Positions 35,604-47,815 of a DNA stretch of 64,000 nucleotides are shown here, in pieces. Every line of letters begins with the position of its first letter. Position 1 is the first letter of the stretch. The DNA is taken from assembly GCF_011386835.1 (NCBI RefSeq), contig NC_088792.1, positions 259,470,001 to 259,534,000 of the forward strand. Reading direction: 5' to 3'. The DNA comes from Chrysemys picta bellii (taxonomy: Eukaryota). The notes below the pieces were generated by a model. It worked only from the letters and a program-made list of their open reading frames with translations. It was not told the DNA's origin and made no database searches. Both the position numbers and the translations under genes were made by a program.

Positions 35604-36671
35604 ATGTACAGTGCTCGATTGGCCACTCACTGTTCATCTGAACTATTATTTCATATACTGATGATCGTAGAGATGGCCAAAGCATTTAAAGAAACTCTCA
35701 GCACATTTAAAGTTTTAATGGTTGAAGGGGCACTAACACCATTAAGGATGGATTGGTAATACTGATAGGTCAAGAGTCCAGTGCTCTGGTTTTTGTCACT
35801 CCTTTTAATACTGTGTTGCTACTTGAGTTTAGGTGGAAGCACATTTTAAATGTTCTCTTCCTTCGCTCCATCCTACTTTCTCAGCAGGAGTGAGTGTTGT
35901 AATCCAAGAGTGACATTTCAATTGGAAAAACCCTCAGGATTTGTGCTGAGCCTGCGGGCCGTGTGGAAATCCAATGCACGCAAGCTGGAAAATGGGGATG
36001 CACTTCCATCACTTACAAGTATGTCTAGAAGGGCGTTTAAATTAGATTGTAGTGGTGTTTGGTGCCTACTAAACAGGGAAGCTCCCGCAAGACTTCAGCT
36101 TTTTCTTTCAAATGTTGACTTATTTTCCCAAAATAAAAAGCTTGTGGAACTGGAGAAAAAAATCGATCTTTTGCAAATATGTGGGAGCTTGTGTATCTCA
36201 TGGAGTTGCTCTTTGACCTTAACTGTAAAGTCTGAGAGCTCAAAGCATTGGAAGAAGTTATGTTAATGCTTATATTTAAAAGGGTACTACCAACTTGATT
36301 TTTTTTTTTTTAAACTGGACTAACTTAAACAAAGTCACTCTTCTCATAGAGGGTTTTTCAAGTAGAGTGCTTAAAAGAAATTATAAGCGATCTTTCCGCT
36401 TTCTTGCTGTGTCCATAAGGGTCTTTTGGGCAAAATGAAGAACAACAGTATTAACCATATTTGGGCCCACCCCAACACCCTTTTCTCTTCTCACTGTTCA
36501 TACATCAGATGCTGTCTCTTCAGTTTCAAGCCTGGTCCTGTTACTGGTAAATGCTCTCCTGCAGTGCCTAGAGAAAGGTACACATGTGAACTCTCCAGAT
36601 CAGGACATCAGTAATGCAAATGACTATCAACAAAATAGTGGAACTGATTACATGCATAATGCTGTCACATG

Positions 36672-36921
36672 CAGGGGCGGCTCTGTTTTTTGCCACCCCA
36701 AGCATGGCAGTCAGGCGGCCTTCGGCTGCATTCCTGCGGGTGATCTGCCGGTCCCGCGGCTTCGGTGTACCCGCCGCCGAATTGCCGCCAAAACCGCGGG
36801 ACCGGCGGACCTCCCTCAGGCACGCCGCCTGACTGCCGCTCTAACAGCGACTGGCAGGCCTCCCCCCGTGGCTTGATGCCCCAGGCACGCGCTTGCTGCG
36901 CTGGTGCCTGGAGCCGCCCCG
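36672..36921. mobile_element. GC-rich hAT-type MITE
   Basis: CAGGGGCGGCTC...GAGCCGCCCCG, TSD GTCACATG/GTCACGTG (7/8). Confidence 0.8.
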
Positions 36922-37649
36922 GTCACGTGCATAAAATAAACAAATTAGAGAAAAATAGAGAAATATATTTTCTAGTCTTTCTATTATAGTAATTTCAGGA
37001 GCATGTGTACCAATAATAGATACATTTCAATCCAAAAACTTAACTTTTCAAGCTGGTGGTCTCCCATTTTAATACACTACAGTGGGAACTGATAGCACAA
37101 TTTTTTTTCTAAAATGTTGCCTATATTCTCCCTGCATATAAAGGATAGAAACAGGAACTTTGAGCATGTAGCACTCAATCTAGCAGCAAATACTTTCCTT
37201 GGCTGTAAGCCTTTTGATTGTCTCTTTGACTGTTCCCTAATATGTCCTCTATATTGGCTGCAGAATACTAAATTAATCAGTTCATGGTCATTGGTACAAA
37301 CAGTGGATTCTCAGTCTGTGCCCAGTTTGCCTGTCATGTATTATAGTGAGTGAGGGTCTTAAGACTGATATGTGGATTCACTGAGCAGTGCTCACTGAGT
37401 CCTTCGGGCTCTTTCCCCAACTATTTATCCATCCAGCACTAGGAAAGAATTTCTAAAGGAGCAATGGCCTGAAGCTTTCAGGCTCTATATGGCTGACTTC
37501 AGAAACTGATCTCTCAACCGGAAAAGGGAAGAAAAGACTGTATAGCTCAAAGATCTACTCCACACCATCCCATGTTTTACTGTCAGTGTGAGGAAAATTC
37601 AGACCTATAATTCTTCACTGGTGTGCAACAGTGGAGGCTGTAGTGTAAA

Positions 37650-38290
37650 TATAAGGGCTTGTTTGTATTTCAGTTTAGTGCACAATAAGCTGGGATGTGA
37701 ATCTATAGCACGCCAGTCTGCTGCACACTAAGGGACCATCTGGACGCTGCTGCCATGCACTAGAACAGTGGTTCTCAGCCAGGGGTACGTGTACCCCTGG
37801 GGGTAATGGGAGGTCTTCCGGGGGTACATCAACTCATTTAGAGATTTGCCTAGTTTTACAACAGGCTACATAAAAAGCACTAACAAAGTCAGTACAAACT
37901 AAAATTTCATAGACAATGATTTGTTTATACTGCTCTGTATACTATACACTGTAAGTACAATATTTATATTCCAATTGATTTATTTTATAATTATATGGTA
38001 AAAATGAGATAGTAAGAGTGTGCTGTGAAACTTCTGTATTTTTATGTCTGATTTTGTAAGTATTTAAGAGAGGTGAAACTTGGGGGTACACAAGACAGAT
38101 CGGATTCTTGAAAGGGGTACAGTAGTCTGGAAAGGTTGAGAGCCACTGCAATAGAAGTTTCAGACCGCAGTAGATCAGAGCACACTATAGAACTTCTAGT
38201 GTGTGGCAGCAGTGTCCACCTGGCCAGCTAGTGCACACCAGCTGCTGTGCTATAGACTTGCTGTGCGCTAAATCGCCATATAGACAATCA
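37650..38290. mobile_element. Palindromic Harbinger-like element with a nested hAT MITE
   Basis: TAAGGGCTTGTTTG... and ...ATAGACAA ends, internal inverted GCTGCCA/TGGCAGC motifs. Confidence 0.5.
37766..38148. mobile_element. hAT (Charlie-like) MITE
   Basis: TIRs CAGTGGTTCTCAGCC...GGTTGAGAGCCACTG, TSD CACTAGAA/CAATAGAA (7/8). Confidence 0.88.
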
Positions 38291-38712
38291 GAGCAGAGTT
38301 AGATGACCGTGTTGAAAAAGCTGGAACTCTGTCGAAACTGTAACTTCCAATGGTGAAACTACAGCTGTGGTAATATCCTAGTGTAGGCAAGACCTATTGA
38401 TTGATTGTACTGTGGATGATTGTGCTGTTGGAAGATAGGAGTTTGATACATGTCTGACAAGTTCAGTCATTTTATTAAAAAAAAACAAGCCCTCCAAATA
38501 ATATTGTATCAGCCACAGTGTATTTGTCCTAACTTGATTTATTGGCATTCTTAAAGAGAAAGTTTATGCAAGGCATGCATTTGGAACGTTAGTTTCCTGC
38601 TAGGTTCTTGTAAGGCATTAGTTCCTGTGAAATAGAGGCCCACTGGTGGTTTGCTACTCTGTGTCAGCAACTCTCGTCAGACCTGACATACTCACCACGT
38701 CTCACACTTTGG

Positions 38713-40111
38713 TGTTATGATATTTATTTAAGGTGACATGTAATATGTCATTTGAAATCTAGTAACACACTGGTCATTAATATCACTGTGTAATGTTTGT
38801 AACAGCACTGTAAGTGACATTATGGATACTGTCTGATATTATATCTTGGAGACTGTTAACAGACAAAGGAGACAAAATAGGTTTTGGGTTTTTTTTCTCT
38901 ATATGGGGTGGGGGGAGAAAATGTGGCAGATGCCCTGTCCAGGAAAGAGGGTTCTGACCTGCTTCCTCTGAGTCAGCCTGTGGCTAACCCTCCTGCAGTT
39001 TTGTAAGGGGGGAGGTGTGACCCTATGAGAACCTCAATGCCAGATGGCAAGGGATTCCCTGGTATTCAGCAGTGAGTTTCAGCTGACCTGACCAGCCCAG
39101 CATACCCCAACTCACTGTTATAATCTGTATATAAAATGGGTCATGTAAAGTATCATATGTGAACTGGTGACAAAGATCATTGTGAACACTATATGAGGAA
39201 TTATGGATACTCGGTAATATTGTGTTTTAAAGTCTGATCAAACAAAGGGAGAGAAATGTTTTTTTTCCCAGACTAGAGAGAAGGCAGCTATCTGTCTTCT
39301 ATGTAAATTAAGAATGGTGGAATCAAAACAATGGGCACACCATTTACATAGGGGGATGGGAAGAAGAGGATGAGATCTTCATGCTTCTTGGAACAGGGTC
39401 AATGAATTTTGAGAGAGATAAGCAGAGACAGAAAGCCATTTTGGCATCTTTCACCTAGGAAGACAAGGAAACCAGCACCTTGTACTTTTGTGGAAGTTCC
39501 TGACTAAGAGAGAGCCCTGGCTGGAAGGAGGAAAGATTGGTAAGAAATCTTCCTTGAACAAAGGTTGTAGCTTGTTGAGTTAGATCTTAGCCACTAGAAA
39601 GTGTGTTTTACTTTTATTTACTTGTACTTGAACTTACATAAAACCACTTTTGAGTAAATAAACTTGTTTTACTTTTAATCTTAAACTATTCCAGTGGTGT
39701 GTTTGAATTGGTGATTGTTAATGCCAGTTAAAATAATAAGCTGTGCTTTTGTCTCTTTAAAGGGACAACAAACCTTTTTACTTCTGTGTGTTCCAGGAGA
39801 GGACTGGACACTTCAGGGCTGATGGTTTTGGGGAAAATTAGGACTGGGGGTGTGTTGGGGTCACCCTGCAAGTAGTAACCAAGGCTGGTGCAGACCAGGG
39901 TAGGGCTGTTGTGTTGTAGGCGGGCTGCTGGGGTCAGTTTGCTGATCTAGGGCTGCACAGCACACAGACCTCAAGGAACAGCATGCTTGTCTGCTAGCTG
40001 TTGGTATCTGGTCAGTAAGTCACAGCAACAGAGCATATAAGGCATCCAGGGTTACAGGGCAGGTGCTGACACAATCTCTCACTTGTATGGGTTGAACCCC
40101 AAATGGTCACA
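38713..40111. mobile_element. Probable solo LTR (ERV/Gypsy-like)
   Basis: TGTTATG...GGTCACA ends, internal AATAAA motifs and a duplicated ~150-bp block (38740-38880 vs 39140-39280). Confidence 0.45.
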
Positions 40112-40820
40112 GTTTTTTTCATTCTGTCTTCTAAGGAAATTTCCTGGTATGATGGATAAAACTGCAGTACTCAAAATGGTGGTACATGTTGAATAGCAGT
40201 GGTGAATCTTATATAATCCTGTCCTACCTATCCCTCACATTAGAAATCTAGCAGTATTCTCTATTTTGTTAAGTTATCACATTACAGGGAAACTGTTAGC
40301 TCAAAATATAAATTTGTAAAATTCAAACCGTTTTATAAAAGCTACAGAAGTGTTTCCAAGGAATTAAAAAAAAAAAAAAATTCTAAGGGAAAAGTTGTCT
40401 TGAACTAACATAGCCTGCAGTGTTCACAACCCAAACATTGAAGCACTGAGAATTTGAAAGTGAAATTGATTATAAATTCCATTGTCCAAGCTGAGAGAAA
40501 TGCAAAATGTGTAAAGCAAGAATATAAATAATGGAAAGTAAACTGAACTTCTAAAATTTTCTTACTAACATCACCTTAAATTATTAAACTGAAAAAAAAA
40601 ATTTCAATATTAACTTTGTTTAGGGAGTCCCATTTTAATCCTATTATCAACATTGTATTAGAACCACTTCTTGGGTTATTTCTGTTAGTTATTGATTTTA
40701 GCCATGATTTTCATCAGGTTCCTTTCTTCCAGTAGCTCATTTAGCCTTCAGCAGCTCTTTTCTTTCTAATGTAGTGCTCATGTTCTCAGACCTTGGAGGA
40801 ATCCTACATTTCTCTTTCAG

Positions 40821-40899
40821 GTCTGGAAGAGGACGAAAGTTAAGTGGAGACCAAATAACTTTGCCAACTACAGTGGATTATTCATCTGTTCCTAAACAG
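40821..40899 (+). CDS. EBAG9: EBAG9 coding exon 2
   Basis: AG/GT bounded, 79 nt, (R)SGRGRKLSGDQITLPTTVDYSSVPKQ. Confidence 0.97.
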
Positions 40900-41027
40900 G
40901 TAATGTCTCTAAAGGGCTGGGTGATGTGGAGTAAAACAGCAATTCTACTAACCCCGTTGAACCAGTAAAATATGTTCTAATCTTTCACAAGTCAAATGCT
41001 AAAGTGATGTTGTTCAATTGTATTCAG

Positions 41028-41186
41028 TCTGAAGTAGAAGATTGGACTTCATGGGATGAAGAAGCACCAACCAGTGTGAAGATTGACGGTGGTAATGGGA
41101 ATGTAGCCACACAACAGAATGCTTCAGAACAACTGGAGCCCGATTATTTTAAGGACATGACGCCAACTATAAGGAAAACACAGAAA
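41028..41186 (+). CDS. EBAG9: EBAG9 coding exon 3
   Basis: AG/GT bounded, 159 nt, SEVEDWTSWDEEAPTSVKIDGGNGNVATQQNASEQLEPDYFKDMTPTIRKTQK. Confidence 0.97.
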
Positions 41187-41352
41187 GTAGGTTTCAGTCA
41201 TGCAAATACGCTTATTAAATCAATTTATGAAATTTGAAATAATTTGTAGGTCAATTATAAATAGCAGAGCTTTCAGGCAAAAATTCAACAGCCCCATTTC
41301 TGGTATCTAATTTGGATGCCCTAGCTGATGATGTGTTTTGGGGATTTAGATT

Positions 41353-42170
41353 ATTCCTGGGGGAATTCTGCGCCAAAACATTTAAAATTCTGCAAATTTT
41401 ATTTGTCAAAATAACACTCTATAATCATGCCAGTTTCAATTATTTTAGTAATTTATTTCAAAATTCCTGTCAGCAAGTATGTCTATAACAGTACACACTC
41501 TCTCTCCCTCTCCCTCCCTCTCCCTCCCCCCTGGGAGTAGAAAGTTAAAGAAACTCGGTTCCTCTTTCCCCTCCCCCCCCAAAAGCCCAGACTGGGGGAC
41601 AGACACTCATACCCCCTCCCTCCCAGAGACCAGCCATGGGGCCCTCCCCAGCCCAGACACTCGCATCCCCTCCCCCGAGAACCCAGCTACACACACCCCA
41701 GTCCCAGACACTCTCACCCCCTCCTCTCCTAGAGCCGAGACACAACCCAGATAGTCTCACCCCCTACCCTTCCAGAGCCCAGCTGTGGGGGTCCCCCAGC
41801 CCAGACACGCTCACCCTATACCTTTCCTCCCCCCCCCCCCCCCTGAGATCAGCTGCAGGGCCTCCACCTCCAGCCCAGACACTCTCACCCCTACACTCCT
41901 AGAGTTCAGGGATCCAGAGGGAGAAACAGCCTGATGCTGGGTCCTGGACTTGCACGGCATTTCCCATATGCTGCTGCCCTCCTTTCTTCAGGGTGTGCTG
42001 AAAACTGCAGCTGCTGGGAACCCTCCAGTTCCCTCCCCCCCCACCCTTGTCTTCTGTCTGCAAGCTGGGCTCTGCCAGGTACAGCGGTCCCTAGTGGCAG
42101 CCAACATCTGTGCACCATTAATTTCTGTAAAATTCTACATTGTGCAGTGGTGCAGAATTACCCCAGGACT
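41353..42170. mobile_element. hAT-like MITE with an internal C-rich tandem array
   Basis: TIRs ATTCCTGGGGGAATTCTGCGCCA...TGGTGCAGAATTACCCCAGGACT, flanks TTTAGATT/ATTAGATA (6/8). Repeated CCAGCCCAGACAC units at 41580-41900. Confidence 0.75.
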
Positions 42171-42289
42171 ATTAGATATGTATTTGCATTGTGCTTCTCT
42201 CCATCAGTTTTATTCTGCTTTCTGATGTGGAACTGAGAAGCGATAGGAAGTTATGGGCTAATCTTGCTTTTGTCAAAGAAGGTGGGGTG

Positions 42290-42515
42290 CAGGGCCGGCT
42301 CCAGGGTTTTGGCCACCCCAAGCAGCCCAAAAAAAAAAAAAAAAAAAAAGTCGCAATCGCGATCTGCGGAGGCAATTTGGCGGAAGGTCCTTCGCTCCAA
42401 GCCGGAGTGAGGGACCGTCCGCCGGATTGCCACCGAATAGCTGGATGTGCCGCCCCTCTTCAGAGTGGCCGCCCCAAGCACCTGTTTGACAAGCTGGTGC
42501 CTGGAGCCGGCCCTG
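42290..42515. mobile_element. GC-rich hAT-type MITE (same family as 36672-36921)
   Basis: TIRs CAGGGCCGGCTCCAGG...CCTGGAGCCGGCCCTG, perfect 8-bp TSD GTGGGGTG. Confidence 0.92.
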
Positions 42516-42793
42516 GTGGGGTGGGAGGGAGAACTTATTCCATCAAGGAAATCCAGGTGGGTATGTTCTACTGTTTTTTAAATTCAAGCAGTGACTTGAA
42601 AGTCCCTTAATCAGAGTATATTCTGGGAAGCATGGGTGGCATGGAGTGATACTGAAATAAAATGAAATACATTTTTCTGTAATGGGTATCGAGAGATTTA
42701 TGCACAAATATTTTAGTTAATGAGAGATTTGTGTCTGTGATGAAAATATACAGTTCCAGACATGCCTGTCTAATACAGAAGTTGTATTATAAA

Positions 42794-44427
42794 TAGGGCT
42801 GTTGATTAATCGCAGTTAACTCACAAAATTAACTCAAAAAAAAATTAATCGCGGTTAATCGCAGTTTTAGTCACACTGTTAAACAATAGAATACCAATTG
42901 AAATTTATTAAATATTTTGGATGTTTTTCTACATTTTCATGTATATTGATTTCAGTCACAACAGAGAATACAAAGTGTACAGTGCTCACTTTATATTATT
43001 TTTATTACAATTATTCACACTATAAAAATGATAAAAGAAATAGTATTTTTCAGTTTCTCATACAAGTACCAAAGCAATCTCTTTATCGTGAAAGCGCAAC
43101 TTACAAATATAGATTTTTTGTTTTTTGTTACATAACTGCACTCAAAAACAAAACAATGTAGAACTTTAGAGCCTACAAGTCTACTCAGTCCTAATTCTTG
43201 TGCAGCCAATTGCTAAGAGAGAAAAATTTGTTTACATTTACGGGAGATAATGCTGCCCGCTTCCTATTTGCAATATCACCTGAAAGTGAGAACAGACGTT
43301 TGCATGGCATTTTTGTAGCTGGCATTGCAAGGTATATAAGTGCCAGACATGCTAAAGATTCATATGCCCCTTCATGCTTTGGCCACCATTCCAGAGGACA
43401 TGCTCCGTGCTGATAATGCTCGTTAAAAAAAAATGCGTTAATTAAATTTGTGACTGAAATCCTTGGGGGAGACCTGTATGTCTTCTGTGTTTTTACCCAA
43501 CTTCTGCCATATATTTCATGTTATAGCAGTCTCATATGATGACCCAGCATGTTGTTCATTTTAAGAACACTTTCACTGCAGATTTGACAAAACAGGAAGA
43601 AGATACCAATGTGAGATTTCCAAAGATAGCCACAGCACTCGACCCAAGATTTAAGAATCTGAAGTGCCTTCCAAAATCTGAGCGGGACGGGGTGTGGAGC
43701 ATGCTTTCAGAAGTCTTAAAAGAGCAACACTCCGATGTAGAAACTACAGAACCTGAACCACCAAAAAAGAAAATCAACCTTCTGCTGGTGACATCTGACT
43801 CAGATGATGAAAATGAACATGCGTTGGTCTACACAGCTTTGGATCGTTATTGAGCAGAACCCATCATCAGCATGGATACACGTCCTCTGGAATGGTGGCC
43901 AAAGCATGCAGGGGCATACGAATCTGTAGCGTATATGGCATATAAATGTCTTGCAACGCCGGCTACAACAGTGCCATGCAAATGCCTATTCTCACTTTCA
44001 GGTGACGTAAACAAGAAGCAAGCAGTATTATCTCCTACAAATGTAAACAAACTTGTCTGAGCGATTGGCTGAACAAGTAGTAGGACTGAGTGGATTTGTA
44101 GGCTCTAAAGTTTTACATGGTTTTATTTTTGAATGCAGTTGTTTTTGTACATAACTGTACATTTGTAAGTTCCACTTTCTTGATAAAGAGATTGCACTGC
44201 AGTACTTGTATTAAGTGAATTGAAAAATATGATTTATTTTATTTTTACAGTGCAGATATTTATAATAAAAAATAAACATAAAGTGAGCACTGTATACTTT
44301 CTATTCTGTGTTTGTAATTGAAATTAATATATGTGGAAAACATCCCAAAATATATAACTGGTATTCTGTTATTGTTTAATAGCACGATTACTCATGATTA
44401 ATTTTTTTTAATTGCTTGACAGCCCTA
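42794..44427 (+). mobile_element. Non-autonomous fold-back hAT transposon with transposase C-terminal remnant
   Basis: TIRs TAGGGCTGT...ACAGCCCTA, perfect TSD ATTATAAA. ORFs 43536-43853 (ATALDPRFK) and 43872-44060 (PLEWW..Y..LATPATTVPC..LFSLSG..LSP.NVNKLV) correspond to the hAT dimerisation domain. Confidence 0.93.
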
Positions 44428-44689
44428 ATTATAAACTATAAAGAGGCTGCACTGCTATTTTGAGTAATTATTCGTCTTTGTAAATACTCTGTTCTGCCCC
44501 AGTGTTTAGGTTTGTTAGCTAATATGATAAAACTGCATATCAAAACCATACAAGCTGTCTGGGCATTTCTTACATTAACATAAAACATTTGACTAGATCC
44601 ACATCAGTCTCCTGGGAAAAAAACGGAGGTGTTTCAGTTGAAGAACTGCACAAAACTGCACTTGACAGTACTGTCAATACATTCTCTAA

Positions 44690-44981
44690 GGGCATATCTA
44701 CATTCGACCTGGAAGGTGTCGTTTCCATCTTGAAGACACCTGTACTAGCTCCAGTCGAGCTAACATACATAAAAATAGAAGTGTAGCCGTGGCAGCCCAA
44801 GCAGAGTAAGGAGCTAGCTCCCCCTAGTATGATCCCTCCAAGACACTAAGTACCTACTCATAGCTGCTATTCCCTCATGCTGATTCTACACTTCTATTTT
44901 TAGCATGCTAGCTTGATCAGAGTTAGCATAGACATGTCTCCTCCAGCTGGAAATTACACCAGCTTGAATGTAGACATACCC
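44690..44981. mobile_element. Palindromic Harbinger-like MITE
   Basis: GGGCATATCTACA...TGTAGACATACCC, left flank TAA. Confidence 0.65.
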
Positions 44982-45469
44982 AAAGTTCTATTGTTTCAGT
45001 TTGCTTTCTTCTGCAAATGGTGATGTGTCTTCTGGGCAGTGCTTGGGGAACTCCCCATATCTTGGTAGGCCTTTCCTGACACATCCTTGAGAAACGTGAA
45101 AAGAGGAATACATGCTTTTTCTTCTTAGCTCTGTTTATTTGGTGATGTAATCAATAGCTTGGCTTGAATCTGTTTAACTTCCCTCTTTTTTCCTTTTCCT
45201 TAACATCTCTGGGGTATTTGGGTCCCATTGCTTTGTGCTGGTGACAGCTGGGACACAGAAAGATTCTAACTTGGTAATTCTGTCTTTTCTCTACCTGTAC
45301 CAGGAAATGAGTTTGTGGTTGGTTGGTTGGTCCATATTTGTAGTTAAATGTAGAGTTGTTAAATGCATACTTTGGTTTCAGTGTGGAAATCCTCCAGCTG
45401 GTGAGGCAGAGGTGCATACTCAAAAGTTGAGATTCTCATTGTTTGTGAAATGACCACCACCATGAATCG

Positions 45470-45545
45470 TCAGCAGGTACGAACTTTGAACCTCCAGCCC
45501 AAAAGCACAGACCTCTATCATTTGTGCTAAAGGAGTCACTTGGCT
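45470..45545 (-). mobile_element. tRNA-derived SINE head remnant
   Basis: The reverse complement resembles a tRNA-like head (CTCCTTTAGC..AAATG.TAGAGGTCTGTGCTTTTGGGCTGGAGGTTCAAAGTTCG). Confidence 0.4.
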
Positions 45546-45737
45546 GGTGGAGGCTTCTGATTTGGTACTGAATTTCCCAGGTTCAGGCCCTGCTGATGAA
45601 TCATGGTGGATTATTATAAAGTGGTGGCCTGTATTGGGATTTGCATTTCTGTGGATTTCAGATGCTAGAGAGAGAATATGTGTGTAGGCTCTTAACTTGT
45701 ATGAGGATAAGCCACTAAAAAGGCACATGATGCTCTT

Positions 45738-46446
45738 AGTCAAACCCTGTTGCCAACTCTGTCCGCATATCTATTCAAGGGACACCATCATAGGACCCAA
45801 CCACATCAGCCACACCATTAAGGGCTTATTCACTTGCACATCTACCAATCTGATATATGCCATCATGTGCCAGCAATGCTCCTTTGCCATGTACATTGGC
45901 CAAACTGAAAAGTCTCTACGCAATAGAATAAGTGAACACAAATCAGACATCAAGAATTGTAACATTCAAAAACCATAGGAGAGCACTTCAGTCTTCCTGG
46001 ACACTCAATAACAGACTTAAAAGTCGCCATTCTTCAACAAAAAAACTTCAAAAACAGACTTCAATGAGAAACTGCAGAACTTGAATTAATTTGCAAACTC
46101 GACACCATCAAATTAGGCCTGAATAAAGAGTGGGAGTGGCCGGGTCACTACATAAAATAATAATAATTTTCCCTCTGTTGGTATTCACCCCTTCGTGTCA
46201 ACTGTTGGGAATGTACCACATCCACCCTAATTGAATCAACCTTGTTAGTACTGACTCCCCCCCCCCCCCCCCCCCCTGCCCCCAACTTAGTAAGGCAACT
46301 CCCATCTTTTCATGTGCTGTATATTTATACCTGCTTACTGTATTTTCCACTCCATGCATCGGATGAAGTGGGTTATATCCCACAAAAGCTTATGCCCAAA
46401 TAAATGTGTTAGTCTCTAAGGTGCCACAAGGACTCCTCGTTGTTTT
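45738..46446 (+). mobile_element. Penelope-like retroelement 3' part (GIY-YIG endonuclease remnant plus terminus)
   Basis: ORF 45697-45978 C..CPHI...FTCTSTNLIYAIMCQQC..AMYIGQT..SLRNRISEH (GIY-YIG), followed by LICKLDTIKLGLN and the terminal repeat. Confidence 0.92.
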
Positions 46447-46752
46447 TAGTCCCCATGTTACATTTACTGACCTGCCTTTCAAGAAGAGAAGAAACTTCTG
46501 TGTGTGTCTATCTGTACTGGTAAAAGTGAAGCACATAAAGAAATTACCAGGCGTTTAAAAAAAATAAAAGGAGGACACTAAATTATTTAAAGGGATGTTT
46601 TGTGCCATTTTGTCTATTAAAATATATAGGTGTAGTGTATTATAGCACTGAAAAAAAGAGTATCATGCTCTTATTAGCTCTCAATGGTGGTATAAAACTC
46701 TGACTTCCTCCCCTCTTCTTCTCCTTTCCCCCTTTTCAATGTTGTCTTTCAG

Positions 46753-46860
46753 ATTGTTATTAAAAAAAGAGAACCTTTAAATTTTGGGATCCCAGATGGA
46801 AATGCAGGATTTTCTAGTAGATTAGCAGCTACACAAGATATTCCTTTTATTCACCAGTCT
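46753..46860 (+). CDS. EBAG9: EBAG9 coding exon 4
   Basis: AG/GTAAGT bounded, 108 nt, IVIKKREPLNFGIPDGNAGFSSRLAATQDIPFIHQS. Confidence 0.97.
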
Positions 46861-47704
46861 GTAAGTATACTATGTGTTTTGATTCTTATTTATATGGCAG
46901 TGTGTCTGCTCTTCAGTAGAGAAAGAGGTCTGGCCGGGAGGAGGAATAAGTATCTATAAAGTACCTGAATTGTTGATAAAGAATAAGAGCTATTTGAGCA
47001 GGCGATGCTGAATTTGAATTGGTGAATTAGTGGAATTAGTACTGTCTGCCTAGCTCTTGAAAAGAGGAGATGAGCAGAAGGGAATACAAGTCAGCCTGCT
47101 GGAAATTTAGTCTGAGATGCATCCTGACTGTTACCATATCTCCTAAACCAGAGAGCTCTAGGCTTTTGGAGATTACATGTTAATCCCACGGTGAAAGGGC
47201 AGAGGAACAATTTGCATTGATCTTCATGCACTTATGCTGACCATGTTTGCCTTGACAACAAAGGTGTACTAGGACAAGAAATGTGGGGTATAACACCATA
47301 TGTAAAATGAGGTGATACTTGACTAACTCAGAGTGTAGGTAGGATTAACTTGTTTGCAAAGTACTCTGAAGATATAAGGTGCTCTATAAATGTAATACCT
47401 TTTTAGAATGGTAGAATCGGTTTTTTTATAAATATTTAAATTTATTTCTTACATAACTACTGCTTCTAATAACCTGCCACTGAATTGTAAAAGTACATAT
47501 GGATAACATACATTTGGTAGGGTTTTAGACGCTAGAAACATTGAGTTCTAATTTCAGTCTGTGTGAAAACTGTTATTAATTTGAAAAGGTAAAAGAGAAG
47601 TGGTGAAAGCATCAAGGTTCTTGTAATATCTATTGAGGAACAATAAGAAAGTCATAGAAACTGTCTCAGTATAGAGAGGAAGGGGAAAAGCTGGCATCAG
47701 TCAT

Positions 47705-47815
47705 GAGGAATGAGGGTCTGGTGGAAGGGCACTAGCCTGGAACTCAGGAGACGTGAGTTCAATTCCCTGCATTGCCACAGACTTCCTGTGTGACCTTCAA
47801 CAGGTCACTTAGGCT
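47705..47815 (+). mobile_element. CORE-SINE (MIR-like) fragment, followed by a Harbinger-like palindrome to ~48010
   Basis: GGGCACTAGCCTGG.ACTCAGGAGAC.TGAGTTCAATTCCC..TGCCACAGACTTCCTGTGTGACCTT, then GGCTACGTCTACACT. Confidence 0.65.

Noticed and set aside
41580-41900. Repeat-spacer-like periodicity that could be mistaken for a CRISPR-like array
   Set aside because: Units are degenerate and irregularly spaced, lie inside a eukaryotic MITE, have no unique spacers, and no cas genes are present.
44662-44677. Perfect 16-bp palindrome TTGACAGTACTGTCAA
   Set aside because: About one such palindrome is expected by chance in a window this size (64000/4^8), and there is no supporting context.
45470-45545. 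tRNA-like sequence
   Set aside because: Too degenerate for a cloverleaf and lacks an acceptor stem; interpreted as a SINE head, not a tRNA gene.
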